Assembly: GCF_009914755.1 (NCBI RefSeq)
Contig: NC_060930.1
From: the human T2T-CHM13v2.0 reference genome, Homo sapiens
Direction: 5' to 3' (one strand)
Length of the DNA stretch: 64,000 nt
How positions within the stretch are numbered: the first letter of the stretch is position 1; every line of letters begins with the position of its first letter. The position numbers were made by a program, and so were the translations under genes. Of this stretch, positions 15,013 through 28,697 are shown piece after piece. The notes under the pieces were generated by a model, which was not told the origin of the DNA, did not search any database, and saw only the letters and a program-made list of their open reading frames with translations.

Positions 15013-16194
15013 GTAAAATTAGTAAAGGGATAGTAATTAAAATATTGGTAAAACATTTGATTTTTTTCAACAAATTTGTATTGAAAGCCTAATATGAGCT
15101 AGATTCTGTTCTGGGCTCTTTAAATGCAAAGACCCTGCCCTGGGAGAACTCACGATCTATTGGAGGAAATATCAGCCGAAAAGAAAATATAGTACAGAGT
15201 AAGAATTCATTTAGTAGAGTAGGATGGGAGCATGAGACGGGACCAACTCACTGTCACCTGAGTTTCTAATCTGTGTCATGCTTTCTTGGATAGTTTGCAT
15301 ATATCATCTCATTGCTGAAAGACCCTAATATAACCAAGAAATCATTGAGGATAACAATAACTATTTTTAAAATAATTAACACCTAATAAAGACATTTTCT
15401 TGCACTTACAAGAAATATGCATAAATAATTTAGTAATGGGTGACTCAAATAAGAACGCAGACTTGTTTTTTTATCTAAATGGGTAAAGAATAACCAAACA
15501 AGATGGTGAGTAGAGTGATACAGAAAGCTAGAGGCAAAGAACTCGAGAAAGGGGATACTAAAAACTCAGATCAATGTAAGAGTAACAGCATTTCTATTTA
15601 TTCATTTGTTCACAGGCCATGCATGTGTGGAACCCCCATATAATATCATTCATTTAAAAAGGAAGAGACTAAGCCAAGAGGAGACTGGTGAAGAATTGTT
15701 TATTTTAGATAACCATTTGGGAAGTTAGAATGAAGGAACTAGGTAAACTTGGGAGAACAACCTGTTTCGATGTTTACTGCCACAGTCTACCATTTATTGG
15801 GCACCATGTCTGTGAGAGACACTACAGCTAGATGTGGCAGTACACTAACTTGATTCCACAACACCCCTCCCAGCTAGGCACTGTTAATTGTTCTTACAAA
15901 TAAGGGTGCTGGGCCTCCCAACATCAAATGATTTGTTTAGATTGACCTTTGGTGGCAGAGTTGGAATATAAACCCAGGTCTGTCTGATTCCTCTAGCTGT
16001 ATGTTCCCCCTAATTTAGCACTTGACAGTGGGTATACAAGAATTTTCTAAAGCCAGGATTATATGGGGCTAACACTTAAAGATGCCCTGGAACAAATTAG
16101 TACAAAAACATACTCAACTGCCTAAGGGATGAGCTGGACAGTCATGCCCAAGTTGCTCATTTCTGCCAGTTTGCCTTTGCCTGCTTATTTCTGG

Positions 16195-16530
16195 GTACAG
16201 TCAATGGTGGGTTCTGCATCTGCAGATTCGACAAAATTTAGATGGGAAATATTCGAAAAAATTGCGTTGGCACTGAACATATACAGATTTTTTTTCTTAT
16301 TTTTATTCCCTAAACAATACTGTGTAACAACTACTTCATAGGCTTTATATCATATTAGTTATTATTAGTAATGTAAAGATGATTTAAAGTATATGGGAGA
16401 GTGTGTGCAGGTTATATGCAAAAACTATTCATGTATACATATATATATTTACATCAGAGAATTGAGCATCTGTGGATTGTGGTATCCACAGGAGGTCTCA
16501 AAGTCCCCCAGAGGTACTGAAGGATGATTA
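16195..16530. mobile_element. MER2-like (TcMar-Tigger) DNA transposon remnant
   Basis: GGGTTCTGCATCTGCAGATTC...CCCTAAACAATAC...GATTTAAAGTATATGGGAG...GTTATATGCAAA...GAGCATCTGTGGATTGTGGTATCCACAGG matches the MER2 consensus as I recall it. Confidence 0.8.
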
Positions 16531-16672
16531 TATATATCCGATAATATAAAAACTGCTCATACTATAATACAGAGTTAATGAGAATGAAATTGCAAAGTCT
16601 ATAAACAATTAGATAGGTTTTGTTTTAACAATAGCATGTGAAAACACATAACAAATAAAACAAACTGGCAGA

Positions 16673-16778
16673 TTTTTTTGTTTGTTTGTTTTTGAGATGG
16701 AGTCTCACTCTGTCACCCAGGCTGGACTGCACTGGCGCGATCTCGGCTCACTGCAACCTCCACCTCCTGGGTTCACGC
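16673..16778 (-). mobile_element. Severely 5'-truncated Alu (3' ~90 nt of right arm) with TSD
   Basis: T-rich tail then GAGATGGAGTCTCACTCTG...CCTGGGTTCACGC; flanks AAACTGGCAGATTTTT (16662) and AAAGTGGCAGATGTTT (16779). Confidence 0.9.
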
Positions 16779-18979
16779 AAAGTGGCAGATGTTTTAAACT
16801 AAGTTTTTTACAATAAGCAAAAGAAATGTATTTAATGTTCTACTGAAAATAGCCAATGTGTCCTTTATGAATAATTGTGTATATTTTTACAAACACCATT
16901 TTTTCCTTCCCTTTCTCATCTTACATTGATTTTATAATCTCTTGAATTGTTAGTTTGTGTAATTGGCTGGTGAAATAATTAGTAAACTTAGGCACACAGT
17001 GAAACTCTTTAAAATTAGGAACTCTTGTCTCTTAGCAATGATGCTATGCAGTTCAGTCTTACAAATTTTTCAAAATTGTTGGAATAGTAATAGTGTTTGT
17101 TTTGTAATTTTTGTCAATAAAAGAGTCATTGGCTAAATTTTTTTTGAAATATTTGATGTCCTTCAAGCCTTCTCTAAGACCAATTATTTTCTCAGTGGGT
17201 TATTTGTGAGATCCCTTCATGATGTATGATTTTTGCTTTCTGTTGTATATTCTTTCATTTTTCCATTTGAAATGTAATTTTCTTACAATCAAAAGTCTTG
17301 ATCTTCAAGGTTGTAATATAACTTAAAGGATGGTCTGACTAACTGTGATGATGCCATTTCTGAAGAGAAAAACATAAGAATAGAAATTTAGCTTCCTGTT
17401 TCAGGACTTTTCAAACCTCAAGAAAATCATTTTACTAGTTTGCTGGAATAGAGAACCGGGCTTATTTTTCAGTTATCCTTGCCTTCAGATAATATGAATT
17501 ACAAAAAGACTTCTAGGATGGGGTCTTGCTGCCTAAATCAAACTACTTTCTCCCTTTCTGGTTGGATTTATTTCAAAATGTCTTTCTCTCAGGATTCACT
17601 TTGCTAGATGCGTACCATGGAGAGAATGCCTGGCATTCAGCTTAAATTGGGATAGGCTTTGTGCTATGACTACTCTCTGGAAGGCTTAGAAAATAATGTC
17701 AATGGCCATTTAATAAATAATATGGGGAGACTGAGGGAAAGCAAGACTTTCTTTCAACCTCTGAACAAAGTGGGTAGAGAGGTTGGGGAATGGAATGCCC
17801 AACATCACCCCACTCCTGGGGAAAAGGACACAGGCTCTGAAGTGGCAGTTGAGATACAGTGAATGACTGACCTCACCTATAGCCAGAAGAGCATTGCAGC
17901 CCCTACAAGGCCTTGTGATGTGGGCAAACAGTTGGCATACCTTGAGGTGAACTGCAAGGCCACAGAGGTGGTTGAATAGTGAATATTTGGGGAATCTTTC
18001 TGACATGAGCATTTCTTGAGCCATTAACTTATTGCAAGAGCATCAGATGCCACCCTTATGTTCAGGTAGATATTTTGTCTCCGAAAAGCACTCTGTGAGA
18101 ATAGCTCATAGGACCGTACTGCTGTGTAAACTTCCAGGGACTCCAGTGGAGATGGTCATGGCATCCATGGCCACAGCTGTGAAGGAAACACCCAGGATGC
18201 ATAGATCCTGCATTCAAGGATGGAAAGATAATTCATTAAGGAATTTGGAATTCTGTGGAAATTCAGAATTTTTATATGTATTAGGGATGAATTGAGACAG
18301 AAATTCACTCTTGAGATATTGGAACCTTTAAAAAAATTTCGAACCACTTGCTTTTATAATGTAAAACATAGGAGCTCAGTAAAAAATAGTAGAGGATATG
18401 TCCCCAAAGCACCCAGCCTAAGATCAGTATCAAGAAGAGTAGTATATGCTAATGGAGGCCACACTTAGCTCTGATTCCCCTGAGAATCAGGGTACAGAGA
18501 AACTGTGGATGTCATAACTCTATGTCAACCACAAGAGTAGAGACAATATGAAAGGATGCATAACAGTTTATTAAACATGAGTATTTTTCCAATGCTTTAA
18601 AACACTTAATTCTGCAGTTGCATAGTAACATAAGCAGCTTTAATTTTCATGAATGGCCTTACAAGACATGAGAAAAATAATTTTTGAAATGCTCAAATTG
18701 GTGGAAACAGAGGGATTAAGAGTCATCTTATTGAAAGCTGGGGACAGGTGATATCCTTTATCTAATTTCTAGCCACTTGATTTTGCAATACTGATGATAA
18801 AAAACAATATATGTTTAATGGCATAGTGATAAAATGAATTGTGTTAATTAATCAAATAGTATGTCAATTATAGATTTTATATTTAACAAATCAGGGCTCA
18901 TGATTTCTATATGAATATTTATCAATGAATCATATGGACTACACCAACACAAACTTTATTTCATATATTTGGAAAATAG

Positions 18980-18982
<3 letters not shown>

Positions 18983-19011
<29 letters not shown>
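18983..19011. repeat. (TG)n microsatellite
   Basis: About 14 TG units. Confidence 0.95.
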
Positions 19012-19013
<2 letters not shown>

Positions 19014-19769
19014 TTCTATGTATGTGTCTTTATTGATATGAATCTGGGCAGATGAATAAATGAGTTTTTCAAAAAGCAGGTAGGAATAGATAAAAAAAAA
19101 AAAAGAAGTGATTGAATGGTATAGCACTGAGAACCACCCTACTTTAACTTCTGATGCTAGTAAATAAAATATATTTGAAATATCTGGGAAACCTGCCAGA
19201 TGAGAAATATTGAATATATTTTCAAGTTTTTTTAAAGGTTAGATTGAGGCATATAACAAAACATCCTCAAAGAATGGGAAAAATCAGTCAATCATATGTA
19301 TGTGGATACAGGATGCAAAGCATCTAGCTATGATTGAATGACTAATTTTCACACTTCCTCTCATCCTAGGCATTTTACCCAATATTTAGAATCATGCAGA
19401 TAGAGTTGAACTAATAAGCTTTGTAGGATTTAAACATAAATAGGTGAAAGAAGAGATAATGTCTGTGAAAACATTTTGAGAATTGAAAATGACCACATAA
19501 AATATTGTTTTTAATTAATGACTCTGTTAACACCATTAACTATTAAGTCATAGGATAGAAGACAAATGGCAGTTTTCTTGGGAACTTTCTAATAGATTAG
19601 ATTCCTTTGTTCTGTTCTTACGTGCTGGGACCATGCAAGTAGGGATGAGAAAGGATGCTGAAAACAAGATTCTGAAGCCATTTCTTTCTTTGTGGATCTC
19701 CGCATTTCAATTGTATTTTTGGCTAAAATATTTCCTTTGTGATAAGTTTATTGAATAGATTTGAACATA

Positions 19770-19890
19770 ATGATTAAGAGCGTAAATCAAGAGAACAAAA
19801 TTTGTTTTTTATCAGAAGTGAGATCTTGGGCAAGCTGTGTAATCCCTCTAAGCCTTATTTCCTCACCTGTAAAATGTGGGATAACAGTAA
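19770..19890 (+). mobile_element. MIR fragment
   Basis: TCTTGGGCAAGCTGTGTAATCCCTCTAAGCCTTATTTCCTCACCTGTAAAATG is the MIR core. Confidence 0.75.
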
Positions 19891-22800
19891 TTGTTATTAT
19901 TTATTTTCTGTAGGGTATATGCTAGTGCTTTCTTACATTAATGCTTACTCTTCAGGATTTATTTTAAGCAGTGTTCTATAACAGCCTTAGCATCTCGTCA
20001 GCACATAGAATCCCTTTATCCACATAATATTGATTGCATTAAAAATTAGAATCAATAATTCTATTCAGTATATTTGCTGTTCCTTAAAATATAGCAAGTC
20101 ATGCAATATGTAATCAATATATTCTTGTTCTACTTTCACACTCATCTCTCCAATCTGTCAGATTGAACCACAGTATAGTAGAAGAAGGATGAAGTAAAGT
20201 GAGCAAAATCCTTATGTCTAGTCCCTGAAGAGTGCCCACATGCAAGACAGCAAGACCTCAGTGTCTGGGAACTGTCTATATCTGTCATTCTGACCACATG
20301 TCACCTCTGCTGGCTGTCCTTTCATTCTCCAGTGCTCAGCCTCTTCACTTACACTGTTTCCATCTGCTTTCTCACCTCCTGCAGACTAGCTGCAGCTTGA
20401 AAATCCCATCTCCCTCAACTATGCTTATTCTCTCTCTAAGGGGCCTTACATGACATCAGAAATACTTAATGATACAGTCTGAGTCATACACATTTGGATT
20501 ACTGTACCCTCATTTTAGCTTGCCCAACAGTACTAAGTGAATATTCTTTTTGTAATTATAAGACTATGAGTGATTCTGGGCCCCTTCTAAAAAAAGAAGT
20601 CACACTCTAAGATAACTTGCCATCGTGAATCTGCATCTAAGCTTTGCCATCACTTTTAATGCAAGTGTTTCAAGAAGGATGACAGGTAGATAAGTAGGCA
20701 GACAGAGAGACAGCCATAGACCCAGATCTGGACCTGTGCAGGTGTAGATATATGGTATAGATCCTAAATATAGTCATGGTTAAAGACAGAGCTCTAGAGT
20801 ATCTCCTGCCTCATCTGTCCCTGGCTAACTGGGGTGATGAAGGCTGCTGTATGAACCCAGGAAGGGTGGTGGGGGTGTTCCCTTTAACATAGCCCAGCAG
20901 TGGTAGTCTTCTGAACATAGGCACAGAAACATTTCCATCAGCTTACACAGTTCTTTAGACTCACAAGAAACTGAGTTTATTGTTAAGAATGCCAATTTAT
21001 TACTCTAATTGTAGCTAAAGCTAGGAATGAGGATGGATCAGCCACATGCAGAGGGCATATGAGTGATCATATACAAGTTCATGGTAAGGAAAACACCCAG
21101 AGAATGTTTGCCATAAAAATACTTGCACCATATCGATATAGCCTGGGGTAATTTCCCTTTGTACTTTAAGGATATTTATATCTCAAGGGCATTTTGGTTC
21201 AACATGGGGCAACTCTGATGAGTCATTGTAGCTGCAGGGCACCCAGTGCGGTCAGACAAGGCTGTCATTGCACTTGCATCACAGCTCAAGATTTTCTTCT
21301 GCTCCACCTGGCTCTCATGTGAACAAGAGCTGGCCCTTGTGTATTACATTTGCATTTCCTGTATACCTATCTTGGCTGCTCTATTCACTACCTTTTTATA
21401 CCTATCCATTCTTTTTCTCTTTTTTTCTAAAGTTTTGTTCCCTTTGAAGACTCTTGCTCTTAAAACAAGGAGTATCCAAATTCATCACTTAAAAGTCAAT
21501 CTTCCTACAGGTTTCATCATGGAATTTTTGAATCTATTCTGATTGCACTAGTTATCCTTTAGTGAAACTATTTTTATTTCACAGACTTAGAGTCTCTCGA
21601 ACTTGGTATGCAACTCTGGGCAAAAGCATTTGAATGTGTGTTTTTCATTTTGATTAAGAAATGAGAGCACTTTGAAGATACATCCATGATGCTGGCTACC
21701 CGTAAAGAAAATAAACTGAGTGTCAATGGAACAGACAGAGAATCAGAGAACAAAAGAAAGTCAAGAGATTTACCCAAGGTCAGTGAGCACATTTGTTATA
21801 GAGCTGAGAATAGATGTCACCTACCTCCTTGGCCAGTGTCCTGTACAACAGATCCTCTGGTCAATATTTCTTTTTGTGCCATGAAGGGCAGTAGACAAAC
21901 CTCTTTAGTATAACAAATGTGAGTCCTGGTGCCTTGGCTTTTTACTTGAATTTACTTCTATCCTTAAAATCTTCTCTTCAGTGCATTCTCAGGAGTACTG
22001 TAGTTTTAAGTTTTTTTTTCTATTTAAACATATATATTTAAGTACTACATGTGTAAATATATAGTTTAAGAAAATTGAGACATATCATTTTACAGATTAG
22101 TTACATGTATTAATATGAAAATTCATGCAATTTCTATCCTATCTTCAAGGTACAGTTCAAATACTGAATAATTTTTGTTATTCTTACTCCAACATACCAA
22201 AATTAATTATTCTGTCTCCTATAATCCTATATTTATTATTATACTTATTTTAATTACCTGTGCCTTTATCTGGTTTCTTTAGATGCAGATAATTTTTCTT
22301 ATCCCTATTGGGATCCCTCATCCTTAGTAGTTTCTGGCATGTAGTATGAATTTAATAAATGCTAAGAGAAAATATGTTTATATACACCTTCAATGATTTT
22401 TCCCCCTAGATTCCATTGTACTTTCAAGAAGCATCATAGTAGATATGATGCAGACCCAACAATGTAACCCATAATAAATACCACACTTAGGGCTTTCCAG
22501 TGCTTACTTTATACGGCATTTTGCTCTTGCAACTGTGCAGCAAGGAAAGAAAAATCTCCTGCCTCTGCCAGTGGTAGGGTAGGGAGAGGGGGGAGCTGGC
22601 AGAGTGGAAGGGAGAAGCCTCTATGTTTTGACTATTTCTTTAAACACATGGGTAGAATCATTGATTCATTTGCACTCCATTGTTTCTGCTAGGAATGCAA
22701 GAAATCTGGTAGGGCTCAGAGAACAATATGGGAATGAACAGAGTAGAAAGGGTTCAGGTGATTATTTAAACTTCAGGATTGACATTTTCTAGAAGGAACA

Positions 22801-25039
22801 GAATGTGTTTAGGTTACTTCCAAGATTTGCAAGGTAAATTCGAGCCGTGAGAACACCACCGAGGGGTTCCTGGTGCTTCTGTAGATCTGAGAGTGCTGCT
22901 ATCTGAAGACAAATTGTGGCTCGTGTCTGACGAGGGAGCTGATCAATGGTCAGTGACTAGAATCCGATGTGAGGGCTGAGTGCAGGACTGAGAAAGGAAA
23001 CAAATCAAGAAGTCAAAACCAGGTTGACAGCCCTGCTCATATAGAGGAGAATAATTTAGAACACAAGAGTATCAATGTGAACACAGTTGGCTACATAATG
23101 TGTGTTGATATGTGCATCTGTGTGGGTGGGGGGGCACTTCATCAGGCTTAACATACATTATGAGTGGATACGTTAGGAAGTTAACTACCGCAGGATTAGA
23201 AATTTGCACTCTGAAGGATGGCATTTTATGCATTTTGTGTTTTCTTTGTACATTTAATTTATCTGGGGCTCCTTTACTTTTTAAAATAAAATTCCTCTGG
23301 AAAAATTATTCTCTCAATTATGCTAAGGGGAACAAGGAAAATTTTGATTTGGTGATTTTCGAGCCAGTGTTATTGATTGACTGATCACTTGACATGTTGC
23401 TGGGCCCCACAACTTTAAAAAGGGAAACAGCAAAGTCTCATTAAAAATAAAAGGTTAGTCACTGTTGAGCTACTGAGAGGTGAGGTTGCAGAGGATTACA
23501 TGTCTTCCCAAAGTGAGGAGATTTTATTCCAGTTTGACCAGCCTTCAGATTCCCCACCTTTTACTGAAAACACAGGCCGGTCCCCTTGTAGGGATGATAC
23601 GTCAGTTTCATTGGTCTACTCTGCTCTGAATTCTTAAAAAGTTTTTGGAAAACTTCCAGGGTCATGGATTACAGCACATCTTCAGAGTGCTTGAACCCAT
23701 CAGCCAACTATTGTCTAGTCTGTGTGTCCTGATAACTGGCTGAGTAAGTCAAGTAGTCCTGAATCACTAGTGTAGCACAGCGAGTCCGTGCTCTGAGGCC
23801 TCCTCTTTTCTCCCACTCTCACTCACAGTCCCCCACCTCAGGACACCCTATCAGAGTTTCATCCTTTAGGGGACATCAGTCTCAGTTGATGAGATACCCT
23901 TTCCTGCTCAGGGCTTCTTTCATATCTTTGGAATCTTCCCATTTGAAAAGAGGGTAGGTCAGCTAGGAGCAGGGTTTTAAAGGAGGGTGGTGTACTCTCC
24001 TAGGTCCTGGCTTGAGGGTGGAAGAGGAAATATCAAAGACACCCCTAGGGTGACTCGCTAGGAGCTTGCCCCTCTGCCGGAGATGTTCCTCCTATAGATC
24101 TTCTTCACTCGAACTTTAAAAGGTATTCTGTTTGTTTATTCGCTTGCTTTAACATGGAATGCTTTCCTCTCATAGAAGTCTATTTTATAGAAATTAAAAG
24201 GTACCTTAGATTAAAAACAATTACCTTTGACTTTACACTTTCATTAAAATTCACCGAATATTTAGCCATGTCTGGCTTGAAAATGATGATGAAGTTGGAA
24301 TTTTCCCCTTCTTTTCTTGGAAATCACACAAATATTATAAGGAGGATATGAAACAAAAGCACAAATTCCAAATGAAACCTGACTACCAAGTAAGTAAAGG
24401 GACTGCCAAAACAAACAGAAATTGAGTAGGGAATGTGTGGGGAGGGAAACAGAGAGAGGACTCCTATATTCGAAAGTGCTGGCTCTTTACATCTCTCTGA
24501 GGGAAAGAATACAGAGCAAATCCCAGGTCTGCAACAGCAGGAACAGATAGCCTGTGGTGGGAGTTCCCGTAAGGAGAAGAGGTATTTGCATGAAGCAGAA
24601 GCCCAGTACCTGTGCAGAAGAGAGATGGAAACACAGTCCCACAGCGGGGTATCTTCATTAATTTCTGAACAAGTTTACCTACAAACCTTGGTCTTGAAGG
24701 GGTCTCCACAGATGTTACTAGACTTCATCCAGGCCACTCTCTTCTGTGCATCTCCTATTGATCCTTCCCTCCCAAATTTATCATACGGTTTATTTTTATT
24801 TCTTTTGGAGGCTCTTCTTCCTTTTACTGTCTTTAAATTTTTAAGCAGTGTTAGATAGGACGGTGTCTAGCCTCCCCTTTTGTTTACTTTTCTTTCCCTG
24901 TAGTCTCTTCTTTCAAAATTGTTCAATTGCTTCCAGGCTACCCATTGGTTTTGCTGTTACCTGTTGCCACTTACCTTAATCTAATATGGCTTTAATTTTT
25001 GCTCAACCATAGTAGTTTCTGGCTTTAAAAATCAGTCTT

Positions 25040-25337
25040 GCCAGGTGCAGCAGCTTAGGCCTGTAATCCCAGCACTTTGTTTGGCTGAAGTGGGCAGATT
25101 GCTTGAGTCTAGGAGTTTGAGACCAGCCTGAGCAACATGGGAAAACTCCGTCTCTACAAAAAATACAAAAATTAGCTGGTGTGGTGCCGCACACCTGTAG
25201 TCCCAGCTACTTAGGAGGCTGAGGTGGGAGGATTGATTGAGCCTAAAAGGGTCAAGGCTGCAGTGAGTTATGAAGGTGCCACTGCACTCCAGCCTGGGTG
25301 ACAGAGTGAGACCCTGTCTCAAAAAAAAAAAAAAAAA
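25040..25337 (+). mobile_element. AluJ-like element
   Basis: Full dimer with J-type features (GGAGGATTGATTGAGCC, AGACCCTGTCTC); TSD AAAAATCAGTCTT on both sides. Confidence 0.95.
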
Positions 25338-26476
25338 TCAGTCTTACCTCTAAACCAAAAACAGATCAATTCCTTAAAAAGCAATTCTCCAAAAAACAAT
25401 TTGCTGAAGCATCCACTGGTTGAATGACAATTGTTTGAATATACAAAAATAACCTCATAAAACATTTTAAAAGAGAATAATTTTCTTAAATGTATGCAAC
25501 GGATAGGAATATATCCTTATGAATGTGTTAATGAATGCATTTTTCTTGAATATATTCAATGAAAATATTATAGGAATACATTATAGTTAGCAAAATTTTA
25601 AGAGATTTTTAATTTGTTAAAATCTAAGGGTACTTTAGTCTTATTATGTATATATTCTTCCTTTAAATATATCCGTGAAACTATTTTTGAATACATTAAA
25701 CATATTATTCTTAAGGAAACATCCCAAGTTTCAGCTTGGGATGTCAAACATTTCCAAGTCAAACATTTCAAATTTTGTTTTGAAGTTTTCAGTCTCAATC
25801 TCTTCTTTTTCACAATTCTTTTGAAATCACTTTTTGTCTTGTATTTTGACATTTTTAGGGTTCAGGTTTTGCTGTGTGTGTAATGACCAAATTTATCAAA
25901 TTAATAAAAATAATCCTTTTAACTATTTAGAAAGTTTATAACAATTAGTATGACATGCAATATTTGTAACATTTTTCATGGATTTTGGTATTTTTATTGC
26001 ATATTGAGGTATAACATGAACACAGCAAAATGCATAAATGCTAAGGGTATATTCAATGGATTTTAACATACATATATATATGTATGCCTGTTGAACCAGA
26101 TCAAGATCTAGAATATTTTCAGCATCTGAAGACCCTCTCCCTTTCCTTAACCATCTCAGACCTCTCTCTGACCTCTATCTCTCTAGATTAGTTTGGTCTG
26201 CTTCTAACAACTTTTAAAAGAATGTTCAATTTGCATCTGTTCGGACTCCCTGCTGCCTCAGTTATTGGAAGCTGGGCAAAGCGAAGGAACTTCCCGCTGG
26301 TGAAAAGATGAAGGCTGCCAGTCGCAGGAAAGGAGGAGCCCTAGGGTAGAGTAGGACTGAGACAGAGAGACAGTGTAAAGACTCCAAAACCCTGCAGCCA
26401 TGGCTTCCCACAATTCTCCTAGACCCTGCCAGTCTAGTTGATATTAAATATTATAAGCAGTATAAAGAATTAAAAT

Positions 26477-26771
26477 GGCCGGGCACAGTGGTTCATGCCT
26501 GGAATCCCAGAACTTTCAGAGGCCGAGGCAACTGGATCACCTAAGGTCAGGAGTTCCAGACCAGCCTGGCCAACATGACGAAACCCCATCTCTACTAAAA
26601 CTGCAAAAAATTAGCTAGGCATGGTGGCGGATGCCTGTAATCCCAACTACTCAGGAGGCTGAGCCAGGAGAATCGCTTGAACACGGGAGGCGGAGGTTGC
26701 AGTGAGCCAAGATTGCACCACTGCACACTAGCCTGAGCAACAAAAGCAAAACTCAGTCTCAAAAAAAAAAA
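26477..26771 (+). mobile_element. AluS followed by a (TA)n/(CA)n microsatellite
   Basis: GGCCGGGCACAGTGG start, full dimer, A tail merging into TA/CA repeats to ~26820. Confidence 0.95.
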
Positions 26772-27584
26772 TATATATATATATATATATGTATATACAC
26801 ACACACACATATATATGTAAATATGGAAAATTGATTTTTTGAAGAATTGGTCTTTGAGTGCATTGCCGCTCAGTGAATTATTTATTAGATGCAGATTCGG
26901 GGTGAGACACTGTAGCCTCTCTTTCTTAAAACAACCAAACTATTATACTGACTGAAGCCCAGTTTCAGAACTGGGAAGGAAGGAATGAGTTAAACGCACA
27001 GGCTTGGAGGACTACAAGTCAGTAGAGTTCTCAGTTGAATTTCTTCATCCCTCCAGAGAGAATGGTAGCAGAAACAGACTCGGGGGCTTTATGGAGAGAG
27101 GAACATATTAACTCCTGACCTACAAGAAAGTTGGGCAGGACTTCCCTGACAGACTTTGTACTAAACAGCTGTCCCAAGACACTGAAGTGAGGATGGCCTC
27201 ACATAACTCCAGGTAAAAAGTTACAGTTTGGCATCAGAACCCAGTTGTCACAACGATCCTAATTGTTGTCTTAGATCCTGTGTAGAATTGACCAGACCTA
27301 ATCATAGGTTGCTTCTGTGTGAGTGAGGGTGGGAGGGTGGGAACCAAGGTGAGAGGGATTGAGGACAACACAGAGTTTTCAGGCTCCATTGACTGGGTGC
27401 AAGATAGTGTCATTTGCTAAGTAAAGATTTGTGGGCAAAATGGAGACCTCAGTTTTTATGAGGTCACATTTGATTTTCTTACAATGTGGCAAACAGGCAG
27501 TTGGATTTACACGCCTGTAGCTGAGAGGAGAGATAAATTTAGGAATCCTCAGCCTATAGACGTTGTTTAAAGTCACGAGAAAAA

Positions 27585-27775
27585 CAGTGTTTTTAGAACT
27601 GTGAGTCACAATCCATTAGTGATATTACATCATTTTTGTGAGTTAAGACTAAAATTTTTTAAAAAGTGAGTAGAAGTGAATATAGTGTAGGGGAACAGAA
27701 AATATCAAAAATTATATAGACTCATAAACGATTATTGTGGGAAGCTGCTAATTTCAGTATATGTGTATACTGAAA
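27585..27775. mobile_element. Ancient hAT-Charlie-like MER remnant
   Basis: Starts CAGTGTTTTTAGAACTGTGAGTCACAATCCATTAGTG, resembling Charlie-type TIR ends (CAGTG..TCAAACTG); family uncertain. Confidence 0.45.
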
Positions 27776-27891
27776 TTCACATATTCAGTGTGAAATTCAC
27801 ATATTCAGTATAAACACACATACTGAAATTAACAGCTTCACACAATAATAGTTTATGAGTCTGTGTAATTCTTTTTGATATTTTCTATTCC
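27692..27891. repeat. Long imperfect inverted repeat (arms ~83 and 88 bp, 29-bp spacer)
   Basis: 27692-27774 aligns with the reverse complement of 27804-27891 with only scattered mismatches and two small indels. Confidence 0.95.
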
Positions 27892-28174
27892 ACTATATGT
27901 ATGTATATATAATTTTGGTATATGTGTATGTGAAATATACACATATATTTTATATATTTCATGTATACATATACCAAAATTATATCTATATCTATAATCA
28001 TACATATATATGTAAAATTTATATAGTGAAATTTCATTATATAGATAATGTAAGCTATGTGTGTCCAGGTATGCATATGTGTTTGTATTTATTCACATGT
28101 ATACATATACATATACATCTGTCATATACATGTTGTCAGGGAGAGAGTGAATAAGAGAAGAGGGCCCAGGATGA

Positions 28175-28626
28175 TGAAAGGAAAATAAAAACTTGGGATG
28201 CCAATTCACTATGCCAAAAGAAAAAAATTAAGCTGGAAGCTGAGTCATGCAAGAAGCTGCCTTCCTTTTGTTCGTAAGCAGATAGCTACAGATAAAAGGT
28301 GAAATATCTCCACAGATAGCTGCTCTATGTTCACCTTATCATATGTAAGTGCTGATTTACTGAGCATGAGAGGAATACATAATTGTCTATTCCCCTACCT
28401 GCCCCTTTTCTCTTTGAACATGTGGATTACCATTCCTTCCTTGTTTCCCCTCCAGCCTGCTTTTCTCTATTAAACACTGAAGCCCTCATAATCGTCTTTG
28501 GAGAAAGGCACATACTACAGACTGTTTCTGTGACTCTGCATTTATTATTTTTAGGTAGGTCCTTAACTTTGGCAAAATTAAATTTTAAAGTGATGGAGGC
28601 CTGTCTCAGATACTTTTTGGTTTACA
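28175..28626 (+). mobile_element. ERV1 (MER4-group) solo LTR
   Basis: TGAAAGGAAAATAAAAACTTGGG...AAGCTGGAAGCTGAGTCATGCAA start and ...TCAGATACTTTTTGGTTTACA end. Confidence 0.75.
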
Positions 28627-28697
28627 GGACTAAGCCCTGAGTGACACTAACACCCATAAATGAGGAACTGGTAACTGAGATGGAGTAGCTGGAGTGA

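Noticed and set aside
15440-21230. Scattered AP-1 motifs (TGACTCA/TGAGTCA) in unique DNA
   Set aside because: 7-mers at about chance frequency; no enhancer call is possible from sequence alone.
24433-24858. 141-aa ATG-initiated ORF, the longest not obviously L1/Alu-derived
   Set aside because: No recognisable domain or gene context; the length is compatible with chance and the region may be decayed repeat.
25350-26900. Possible ancient DNA-transposon ends around 25360-25440 and 26825-26900
   Set aside because: Too degenerate to assign a family or confirm TIRs by eye.
27895-28130. AT-rich periodic sequence and associated ORFs
   Set aside because: Degenerate (TA/CA)n low complexity; no repeat-spacer array structure.
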